A stretch of 23,928 nt of DNA from Promethearchaeota archaeon. GTDB taxonomy: Archaea > Asgardarchaeota > Lokiarchaeia > Sigyniarchaeales > SOKP01. A program made the position numbers and the translations under genes. The number at the start of each line of letters is the position of its first letter. Position 1 is the first letter of the stretch. Of this stretch, positions 1 through 7,788 are shown in pieces. The stretch spans positions 1 through 23,928 of the forward strand of contig JAHLWH010000047.1 of assembly GCA_019058015.1 (NCBI GenBank). The letters are read 5' to 3'. A model generated the notes under the pieces. That model made no database searches. It was given only the letters and a program-made list of their open reading frames with translations, and was not told where the DNA came from.

Positions 1-666
1 AATAAATATTTATCGAACATTTGTTTAGAATTAATTAATTTAGGATGTGATATCATCTTAGTGGATGGTGCATTTGATAGAAGATCATATGCGGCTCCTT
101 TAATATCTAATGCTACAATACTATCAACAGGGGCAGCTATATCAGAAGATATTGATAAAGTTGTTGATTTAACCGCTCATACAGTTAAATTATTGACTAT
201 AGAAAATGAAAAGGAAGTAGAAATACTCAAATTGGCTAATAAGATTATTCAACACTCAAAAATTGGGATTATTGATTCAAAAAATTCGATAAAAATGCTA
301 GATGTAATAACATCATTAGACGCAGCTATAGATATAAATGAAAATTTAAACAGTAATACAAAATACGTTGTAATAAAAGGACCAATTTCTGATAAAGTGT
401 TAAGTGATTTAATGGATTCTACTGAAAAATATAAAGGTGTTACATTTTTGGTGGAGGATGGAACAAAATTATTCTTAAGTAAATGTTTACTGGAAAAATT
501 CCAAAAGAAAGGGGGTATTTTAAAAGTATTAAACCCAATAAAATTAATTGCTGTAACCGCAAATCCAACCTCTCCATTTGGATACGAGTTCGATAAAAAT
601 GAATTTTTAACATTATTAAAAGAAAAAATTAATATCCCCCTTTATGATCTTGGACCTAGTGATTAA
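1..666 (+). CDS. KamB-like protein (putative lysine 5,6-aminomutase reactivase subunit), 5'-truncated by the window
   Basis: Frame is open from base 1 (NKYLSNICLELINLGCDIILVDGAFDRRS...), so GTG at 61 is not the real start. The segment LVDGAFDRRSYAAPLISNATILSTGAAIS resembles, from memory, the conserved protein encoded upstream of kamCDE in lysine-fermentation loci, and it lies just upstream of kamD. Confidence 0.6.
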   Translation, partial: NKYLSNICLELINLGCDIILVDGAFDRRSYAAPLISNATILSTGAAISEDIDKVVDLTAHTVKLLTIENEKEVEILKLANKIIQHSKIGIIDSKNSIKMLDVITSLDAAIDINENLNSNTKYVVIKGPISDKVLSDLMDSTEKYKGVTFLVEDGTKLFLSKCLLEKFQKKGGILKVLNPIKLIAVTANPTSPFGYEFDKNEFLTLLKEKINIPLYDLGPSD

Positions 667-710
667 CTAAAACCATTTAGATTAAAAAATGGAAAGATTG
701 GTGGTTTTAG
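667..710. promoter_or_regulatory. Intergenic inverted repeat (possible mRNA hairpin)
   Basis: ctaaaacca (667-675) is the exact reverse complement of tggttttag (702-710). It starts at the base after the stop codon. No U-tract follows on the + strand. Confidence 0.35.
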
Positions 711-766
711 AAGTAAAGAAAAAATTGTAAATACAATCAAAAATATAAAAAAATATCATATTTAAA

Positions 767-2350
767 GTGAAAAAAATGAATAATAAAGCAGTAAATAGCA
801 AATTGAATTTAGATTTCTCAATGGTAAAAAAAGCAAGAGAGACAGCAAAAACTATTGCTTTAGACACCCAAAAATTTATAGATAAACACACTACAACCTC
901 AATTGAAAGAACTATCTGTAGATTGCTTGGTATAGATGGTATAAATGAATTTGGTGTCCCTTTACCAAACATTGTTGTGAATAATATAAAAAAAGGCAAG
1001 GGGCTTGGGATTGGTGCTGCTATCTTTATTGGAAATGCAATTCTCCAAAAAAATCTATCACCGCAAGAGATTGCAGAAAAAGTATCAAAAGAAGAAATTG
1101 ATCTGACAAAACTTCCTATGAATGATTTAATTGAAATAAAGAGGGCTATAACTAATTTAGCTAAAAAAACTTTAGAAAAAATAAAAAAAAATAAAAAAAA
1201 GAGAGAAGATTATCTTGAAAAATTTGGTGAAAAGGAAGGTCCTCTTCTATATATAATTGTTGCAACAGGAAATATTTATGAAGATATCACTCAAGCAAAA
1301 GCTGCCGCAAAACAAGGAGCAGATATCATTGCAGTTATAAGATCTACTGGACAGAGTCTTCTTGATTATGTGCCTTATGGTGCAACAACAGAAGGATTTG
1401 GTGGTACTTATGCAACTCAAGAAAACTTTAGGCTTATGAGAAAAGCTTTAGATGAAGTTGGAGAAGAATTGGGAAGATATATAAGATTAACTAATTACTG
1501 TTCTGGACTTTGCATGCCTGAAATAGCTGCTATGGGAGCATTTGAGAGACTTGATGTGATGCTTAATGATGCTCTTTATGGAATATTATTTAGAGATATC
1601 AATATGAAAAGAACCATTATTGATCAATACTTTTCAAGATTGATTAATGGATTTGCAGGTGTAATTATTAATACTGGAGAAGATAATTATCTAACTACAG
1701 ATGATGCATTTGAAGCAGCTCATACAGTGCTTGCTTCTCAATTTATAAATGAACAATTTGCTCTACTTGCTGGTTTAAAAGAAAAACAACTTGGATTGGG
1801 TCATGCTTTTGAAATGAATCCTGAGTTGGAAAACGGATTTTTATATGAACTTGCACAAGCTCAAATGGCAAGAGAAATATTTCCTAAAGCCCCCTTAAAA
1901 TATATGCCCCCAACTAAGTTTATGTCGGGAAATATTTTTAAGGGCTATATTCAAAACGCTTTATTTAATATGATAACTATTATGACTAATCAGAAAATCC
2001 ATCTGCTTGGAATGCTAACCGAGGCCATACACACTCCCTTTATGTCTGATAGAGCATTATCTATAGAAAATGCGAAATATATTTTTAATAATATGAAGTC
2101 TTTAGGAGAAGAAATTGCTTTTAAACGAGGTGGAATAATGGAGAAGAGAGCTAATGAAGTTCTAAATAAAACCTATAAACTTCTGAAAGAAATAGGAAAA
2201 GAAGGCTTATTCAGTACAATCGAAAAAGGAATATTTGCTGGAATAAAGAGGAAAATAAATGGTGGCAAAGGTTTGGAAGGTGTGGTTGAGAAAGAAAAGG
2301 ATTATTTTAATCCATTTATTGAATTAATGGTTCAAGAAAATCTAATGTAG
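767..2350 (+). CDS. kamD: D-lysine/L-beta-lysine 5,6-aminomutase alpha subunit
   Basis: Conserved motifs YIIVATGNIYED, ADIIAVIRSTGQSLLDYVPYGATTEGFGGTYATQENF, NYCSGLCMPEIA, INTGEDNY, KYMPPTK and GMLTEAIHTPF. Length is typical. Start may be the in-frame ATG at 776. Confidence 0.96.
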   Translation: MKKMNNKAVNSKLNLDFSMVKKARETAKTIALDTQKFIDKHTTTSIERTICRLLGIDGINEFGVPLPNIVVNNIKKGKGLGIGAAIFIGNAILQKNLSPQEIAEKVSKEEIDLTKLPMNDLIEIKRAITNLAKKTLEKIKKNKKKREDYLEKFGEKEGPLLYIIVATGNIYEDITQAKAAAKQGADIIAVIRSTGQSLLDYVPYGATTEGFGGTYATQENFRLMRKALDEVGEELGRYIRLTNYCSGLCMPEIAAMGAFERLDVMLNDALYGILFRDINMKRTIIDQYFSRLINGFAGVIINTGEDNYLTTDDAFEAAHTVLASQFINEQFALLAGLKEKQLGLGHAFEMNPELENGFLYELAQAQMAREIFPKAPLKYMPPTKFMSGNIFKGYIQNALFNMITIMTNQKIHLLGMLTEAIHTPFMSDRALSIENAKYIFNNMKSLGEEIAFKRGGIMEKRANEVLNKTYKLLKEIGKEGLFSTIEKGIFAGIKRKINGGKGLEGVVEKEKDYFNPFIELMVQENLM

Positions 2351-2395
2351 AATTATTTGTTAATTATGAATTAAATAATAATAAGGAGAAAAAAT

Positions 2396-3160
2396 ATGAA
2401 TAACAATTTCAATAAAAACCTTGATTTGACAAAAATTAGGCCATATGGAGATACTTTTAACGACGGAAAAGTGCAAATAAGTTTTACACTTCCAGTAGAA
2501 GACGATGAAAAAGCTATAGTGGCTGCAAAAATATTGGTTAGAAAAATGGGGGTAAAAAATCCTTCTGTTGTATATCATTGTCCACTAGATAAAGGATTTA
2601 CCTATTTTGTTGTTTATGGAAATTTAAATCAAACTATAGATTATACAGAAATTCATATAGATGCTATAGATAAAGAAATTATGTCTATAGAGCAGATAAA
2701 TGAATATATAAAAGAAAATATTAAACGTAAAATTATAATACTTGGAGCAACAACTGGAACAGATGCACACACCGTAGGTATAGATGCTATAATAAATAGG
2801 AAAGGTTATAAAGGTCATTACGGGCTTGAGAGTTATGAAATGGTAGAAGCTTATAATATGGGTAGTCAAGTAAAAAATGAAGAGTTTATTAAAAAAGCAA
2901 TTGAATTAAACGCGGATATATTGCTTGTATCTCAAACAGTTACACAAAAAAATATTCATCTAAAAAATCTAACACAGCTTGTAGAACTTTTAGAAAGTGA
3001 AGGATTAAGAGAAAAGATTATTTTGATTTGCGGAGGCCCTAGAATAACTAATGAGCTTGCAAAAGAATTAGGATATGATGCAGGATTTGGACCTGGTAAA
3101 TATGCTGAAGATGTAACCACATTTGCTATCAAGGAGATAGTAAATAGAAAAAAGCTTTAA
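2396..3160 (+). CDS. kamE: Lysine 5,6-aminomutase beta subunit (AdoCbl/PLP-binding)
   Basis: N-terminal PYGDTFNDGKVQISFTLP dimerisation domain; base-off/His-on B12 motif DAHTVG; PLP lysine motif RKGYKGHYGLE; SQTVTQ and GGPRI...GYDAGFGPG. Shine-Dalgarno-like AGGAG lies just upstream. Confidence 0.95.
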   Translation: MNNNFNKNLDLTKIRPYGDTFNDGKVQISFTLPVEDDEKAIVAAKILVRKMGVKNPSVVYHCPLDKGFTYFVVYGNLNQTIDYTEIHIDAIDKEIMSIEQINEYIKENIKRKIIILGATTGTDAHTVGIDAIINRKGYKGHYGLESYEMVEAYNMGSQVKNEEFIKKAIELNADILLVSQTVTQKNIHLKNLTQLVELLESEGLREKIILICGGPRITNELAKELGYDAGFGPGKYAEDVTTFAIKEIVNRKKL

Positions 3161-4330
3161 TTATACTTTCCTTTTCCGCCAAATAATGAAAATCACAAGT
3201 GTTGGTACTGCTATTATAATTAAAATAATTATTAACAATACAAACAAATCCAATTCTACATCCCATACATTTTCATTTAATGAAGAAAAATCAGGATCAA
3301 AATATTTTATAATATTAAAAGCATAATATGTTGTTATCATGGAAGAATAAGATGTAGAACCATCTGATTTTGATTCTGAAAAGCCTCCATCGATTGGATT
3401 CTGAGATTTTAGAACCCACTGAAGGATTGTTTGAGAATCCAGCTGACTAGAATCCAATAAATTTACGGTAGAAACACAAAAATATGTTGAACTAATAAAA
3501 CTATTAGAAGGAGACTCTGTTTGAGAAAACCCACCATAATTTGAAGAATCGAAAATATCAGAAACGTAAAAATTCATCATATATTGAATAATTGAATCTT
3601 TTTGCGATGATAGATTATTAATATTTGTAGTAAAATTAACTCCTAAAACTGCATAATGGGTACTAATTATCGATGAATTTAATGTTGTATTTCCGCCAAA
3701 ACCACCATCGGAATGATAACAACTAATTATCCATTCGGTATGTTTCTGACTGTCGGAAATATTTTCTGGACTTAATAGAGACAAAATTTTAACTGAAAAA
3801 TATGTATGAAATACGGTTGGAGAGGAACTATTATAATTTTTAAAACCACCATTTTCATGTTTTGATTGATTTATCCAATTGATAATTTCATTTTTATTAT
3901 CTGTACTAATTTTATCTAAGTTATCTCCTATAAGATTTAATGAGAGGAGTAAATAATAAAGGGTTACCAGAGAATTATCAGTCAAATTATCAAGTTCGGT
4001 TTGAACATTATGAGCAAGCATTGTTGCCATAATATCTAAATCTTCTTGAGTTTCAAGTAAATTTAAATCTTTAAGCATTTTTAAAGCATAGTAAGTTGAT
4101 TGTTCGGAAATGGTGTCTTCTTCTAAGATTGAATTTGAATAGCCTAAATTTTCAATTCTATTATTGAGAATAAAATCAGTTAAGTAAGTTCTTCTTGATC
4201 TTGCAGTTACTGGGGAAAATATTGCACCTAATGAAACCGTAATTAAACTCAATAAAAATAGTATAATAAAAATTTTATTCCATCTAATTTTTAAAGTCAC
4301 TCTTATTGTGGGTTCTCTTTTTAGATTCAA
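3161..4330 (-). CDS. Prenyltransferase/squalene-oxidase repeat (alpha/alpha barrel) protein, secreted and C-terminally membrane-anchored
   Basis: Repeated W..(S)Q..DGGF.......(S)TYYA..L units (ENGGF, SDGGFGG, NYGGF, IDGGF); N-terminal hydrophobic signal-like segment; C-terminal TM helix followed by RKRKV. Start is uncertain (TTG). Confidence 0.8.
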   Translation of the reverse strand: MNLKREPTIRVTLKIRWNKIFIILFLLSLITVSLGAIFSPVTARSRRTYLTDFILNNRIENLGYSNSILEEDTISEQSTYYALKMLKDLNLLETQEDLDIMATMLAHNVQTELDNLTDNSLVTLYYLLLSLNLIGDNLDKISTDNKNEIINWINQSKHENGGFKNYNSSSPTVFHTYFSVKILSLLSPENISDSQKHTEWIISCYHSDGGFGGNTTLNSSIISTHYAVLGVNFTTNINNLSSQKDSIIQYMMNFYVSDIFDSSNYGGFSQTESPSNSFISSTYFCVSTVNLLDSSQLDSQTILQWVLKSQNPIDGGFSESKSDGSTSYSSMITTYYAFNIIKYFDPDFSSLNENVWDVELDLFVLLIIILIIIAVPTLVIFIIWRKRKV

Positions 4331-4428
4331 TTTATTATTTTAAAAATATTTTAAAATAAATAAAATTATCGAATCGAATAATGAGTAAATTAAGTTTAAG
4401 TGAGAAAAGATGAGGAATTAAAAATTAT

Positions 4429-5964
4429 TCATTCGATTTTGAAAATTTCCGAGATATCATGATATAATAGATTTGGATTTGAAGCAAATTGATTCGAGTT
4501 AATAAATAATTTCCTAAAAGATGGTAATGATCCTAATATTGAGCCTCCTAGGAAAATTGCAAATTGTTTGTTCTCGGGTATAAAAAAATTAAATAATTCA
4601 GATACATCTTCATAATAAGTAGGGATTGCGGCTATTGATTCAGGATATTCTTTTATAGGTATTTCTTGACCTTGAATTTTCTGGCCACAAAACGGACAAA
4701 ATACATGTTCTGAATCTGGGGGCAATTTTTTTTTACAATGTGGACATTTCTTTATTCCCTTTTGTTTCTTTTTATCACTCAATTCTGTGCCTACTTTTAA
4801 AGGAATATCAATTGTTACTGTTTTCATAGTATTACCACAATATGGACAAATTTTAATTCCCGAGCTTAAATCAACTAAGTTTCCACATTTCTCACAAGTA
4901 TCTTGAAGGGTAGATGTTCCCTCATGGGTAATTAATGATTTTTCTGCTGGAATTTGTGGTTCTTCTGGAATTGCTGGGATTGGTCCTAAATTAGGTAAAA
5001 TTGTAATTAATTCTGCTTTTAATCTTTCAATAAAACCATTATAGGAAGAATTTCCACCTGATACAACTATATTTTTTAATAATAGTGCCCAATATTCACT
5101 ATTTATATTTCTAAGGCAACTGATAACAGCTTCTGGAATGCTTTGTATATTATAACCTAAAATTGAAGGTTGAAATAAAATTTCAGGAGAAAGATACATA
5201 GACTCATTATAAATATTAATTGTCTCTCCATCAGGTAGGACATAACTTTGTTTTTCTGTTTTTACTTTTGGACTGATAGAGGAAGGATCTAAGGCAATAT
5301 AACAAAATTTCTCAATAATTTCTCTTAAAATTACTTTTTGAGCAGAAAATTCTAAATTAATGCCTTGTCTTAATAATAATGATTTCAAATTAAGACTTAC
5401 ATCATATCCGGCTAGTGTTAATATCTGCACAGCTGGATAATAAATCTTTCCATCTATTATGGGAACTATATTAGTTATACCTTCTCCACTCTCAATAACT
5501 AAACCTGTAGTTAAACCAACAGAAAATAAAGATAATAATGGAGAGGGGATCATCATTAATTTTTTAACACGATGTGTCTCAAAAAATAATCTTGCAATAT
5601 ATTCTTTTGTTTCTTTAGGGATACTGATCGGTTCTGCATATAATATTTCATATTCGATGGGATTTATTCTTAGCAAATTATAAAAAATATGATTTATAAT
5701 TTCATAAAAGTTTTCCCACTGAGTAATATTTCCTCTTGAAATTGGATAGGTGATTTTTAAAACACCTCTCATCTTCATACAGTCCTCTCCGACATAAATC
5801 AATTTACCCCTGGCTTCTCCTATATCAACCATGATTGATCTATATTTCTCAGTACCAGTCATACATGGAAATACAACTCTAGGAATTTGATCCCCAGCAA
5901 AACCTATTTTTACATATGCTTCACCAATATCAATGATAATTGGAACATTTACAGGTATTTCCAT
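4429..5964 (-). CDS. Actin-related protein (Asgard-type) with an inserted double zinc ribbon
   Basis: Colinear actin motifs: IIIDIGEAYVKIGFAGD..PRVVFP, YVGE, YPISRGNITQW, FFETHRV, LSLFSVGLTTGLVIESGEGITNIVPI, LAGYD, EKFCYIALD, SYVLPDG, PEILFQPS, NIVVSGG, FLGGSILGSL. Insert carries CEKC/CPYC/CPHC/CPFC. Confidence 0.92.
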   Translation of the reverse strand: MEIPVNVPIIIDIGEAYVKIGFAGDQIPRVVFPCMTGTEKYRSIMVDIGEARGKLIYVGEDCMKMRGVLKITYPISRGNITQWENFYEIINHIFYNLLRINPIEYEILYAEPISIPKETKEYIARLFFETHRVKKLMMIPSPLLSLFSVGLTTGLVIESGEGITNIVPIIDGKIYYPAVQILTLAGYDVSLNLKSLLLRQGINLEFSAQKVILREIIEKFCYIALDPSSISPKVKTEKQSYVLPDGETINIYNESMYLSPEILFQPSILGYNIQSIPEAVISCLRNINSEYWALLLKNIVVSGGNSSYNGFIERLKAELITILPNLGPIPAIPEEPQIPAEKSLITHEGTSTLQDTCEKCGNLVDLSSGIKICPYCGNTMKTVTIDIPLKVGTELSDKKKQKGIKKCPHCKKKLPPDSEHVFCPFCGQKIQGQEIPIKEYPESIAAIPTYYEDVSELFNFFIPENKQFAIFLGGSILGSLPSFRKLFINSNQFASNPNLLYHDISEIFKIE

Positions 5965-6203
5965 GATATTTTTCCTAATTATTTCAATATTTGTGATTAA
6001 AGTATAATTTTTTTAATTTATTAATTTGTATATATTAATTTTCTTATTGTCTTAACTGTTCGGTAAAAATTTATAAAAAATAATAAAATCTTATAAAAAT
6101 CAAAAAACTGTCCTATTTCTTTATTTTACATTAGATGTATGAAACATCAGTTTATACAAATACTCTATTTGTTTAAATATCTACATTATAAATTATATTA
6201 GGA

Positions 6204-7694
6204 ATGATTCAAACTGTCATATTTCGGCTTTATCCATCAAAAACTCAAGAGAAAAAGTTAGATGAAATTTTCACAATCCATAATAGGATGAAGCGTATTG
6301 GTTACAAGATATTATTTAACGGAGAGAACAACATTCAACAAAAGTTAATGGCGCGATGTCGAAATAATCCCTATGTTAATACTATTCTAATTGAAAACAA
6401 TACAAAGCTCGATCAACAGAAAACATGGCTTAAAAAAAGAGAAAAGTACATGAGAAAGCAACATAAAGAAATTGAAAAAAAAATAAAAGAGATTAAAGAA
6501 AAAAATAAACGAGATAGGCGACTAAAAGGATTATACTCGCGGTTATCGTCAGTTCAAAATCGATTAGACCACCTAAAATTAAAACCAATAGTGTTTGGCG
6601 GAAAGCGATTGTTTAGAGAAAAAATATTAGGAAAAATCAGTGAGCAAGAATTTCAGATTAAACGAGATTCATCGTTTTGTTGCGTTGGAAAAAAGCAAGG
6701 AGTCAATTTAAATATCAAAATCTTAGACGATAAGACTTTAAAAATTCATACTTTTCATAAAGATAGGAATAAGAAATGGCTCATTATACCCTTTTCAGTT
6801 AATCAGAAACAAGAAATATGGTTTAGACAAATCCTTATAGTAGAAAAATACACGATAACTATTGTAAGACGGATAATTAAAGGGGATTTACGGTATTTTG
6901 CCCATGTATCTTACGAAATTCCCAAACCAGATTTAAAATATGGGTTTAAGAATGGTGCAATTGGTCTTGATTTTAATTACAATTTTGTATCTTTATGTAA
7001 TGTTGATAAAAAAGCAAGTTTAAAGAGCTATCAAGAGATAAAGTTTGGAAATTTGCATTTGTATAGAAAGGATAAACGAATGGATTACATTAGCTATAAA
7101 ATGGATAAAGTCGTTAATTATTGCATTAACAAGCGAAAAGGACTCATAATTGAAGATTTATCATTTGAACAGAACTTTTCATACAATAAAAAACTTAACA
7201 GAAAATTAAGTAATTTCAAAAAAAGAGCATTAGATTTATTAGAAAGAAAATGCATTAAAGAAGGTGTAAGTATGAGAAAAGTTCATCCTGCTTACACATC
7301 TTTAATCGGTAAATATAAGTATTTACGCTCACATAATTTATCTACTCACGTATTGGCGAGTTATGTGATTGCTCGAAGAGGTTTAGGGTTTGGGGAGTCT
7401 ATTCCACCCATTTACAAGTGGTTGCTCTCACAAGTCGGGGGCTTCGTAAAACCCCGTTTGAAAAAGGGCAGTCCCTACCGTAAATGGTCACAAATCCACG
7501 ACTTCTTCAAGTACAGCGGGATAACTTCCTTCAAGACTTCCGATGTAATGCGAAAAGCATCACAAATGAAGGATGTCTTGAATTCGGCGACGAGCGCACA
7601 GCCCGATAACCTTAAGGCTGGTCTTTCCAATAACGGAAAGATTGATGATTGGAATAAATTTTGGAATTTTATAGAAATTACCAATTTTTTATAA
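6204..7694 (+). CDS. tnpB: TnpB-related RNA-guided endonuclease family protein
   Basis: N-terminal FRLYPSKTQEKKL; IVFGGK; RuvC-I AIGLDFN (D256); RuvC-II LIIEDLSF (E317); VHPAYTS.IGKYKY; HVLASYVIARRGLG where the RuvC-III motif is expected. Confidence 0.88.
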   Translation: MIQTVIFRLYPSKTQEKKLDEIFTIHNRMKRIGYKILFNGENNIQQKLMARCRNNPYVNTILIENNTKLDQQKTWLKKREKYMRKQHKEIEKKIKEIKEKNKRDRRLKGLYSRLSSVQNRLDHLKLKPIVFGGKRLFREKILGKISEQEFQIKRDSSFCCVGKKQGVNLNIKILDDKTLKIHTFHKDRNKKWLIIPFSVNQKQEIWFRQILIVEKYTITIVRRIIKGDLRYFAHVSYEIPKPDLKYGFKNGAIGLDFNYNFVSLCNVDKKASLKSYQEIKFGNLHLYRKDKRMDYISYKMDKVVNYCINKRKGLIIEDLSFEQNFSYNKKLNRKLSNFKKRALDLLERKCIKEGVSMRKVHPAYTSLIGKYKYLRSHNLSTHVLASYVIARRGLGFGESIPPIYKWLLSQVGGFVKPRLKKGSPYRKWSQIHDFFKYSGITSFKTSDVMRKASQMKDVLNSATSAQPDNLKAGLSNNGKIDDWNKFWNFIEITNFL

Positions 7695-7706
7695 ATAATT
7701 AGAAGG
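7400..7706 (+). ncRNA. Candidate omegaRNA (reRNA) scaffold overlapping the tnpB 3' end
   Basis: Visibly GC-richer than the flanks, with consecutive stems: 7408-7415/7480-7487, 7436-7440/7452-7456, 7465-7468/7473-7476, 7530-7541/7571-7582, 7599-7603/7616-7620, 7625-7631/7648-7654 and 7661-7684. Position matches the known TnpB omegaRNA location. Confidence 0.55.
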
Positions 7707-7788
7707 TTATTTATTATCTAAAATTTTGTTTTTTTAATCTTTATTTTGACTATTTCTGTTCCTAAAATAAACATCATTAGATTAAAAT

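Larger units (their letters stand above)
6064..7706 (+). mobile_element. Putative non-autonomous IS200/IS605- or IS607-type element carrying only tnpB (boundaries tentative)
   Basis: Solo tnpB on the opposite strand within a run of minus-strand genes, with no tnpA. Ends are guessed from GG dinucleotides at 6062-6063 and 7705-7706 and from 10-bp-phased A-rich repeats at 6065-6104. Confidence 0.45.

Noticed and set aside
682-2869. Minus-strand ORFs 682-999, 2360-2578 and 2624-2869
   Set aside because: Antisense shadows of kamD/kamE with Phe/Ile-rich composition and no motifs.
4429-4460. Actin-like protein as a prenylation substrate of the adjacent prenyltransferase-fold protein
   Set aside because: Its C-terminus (…SEIFKIE) has no Cys/CaaX motif, and the neighbour appears extracellular.
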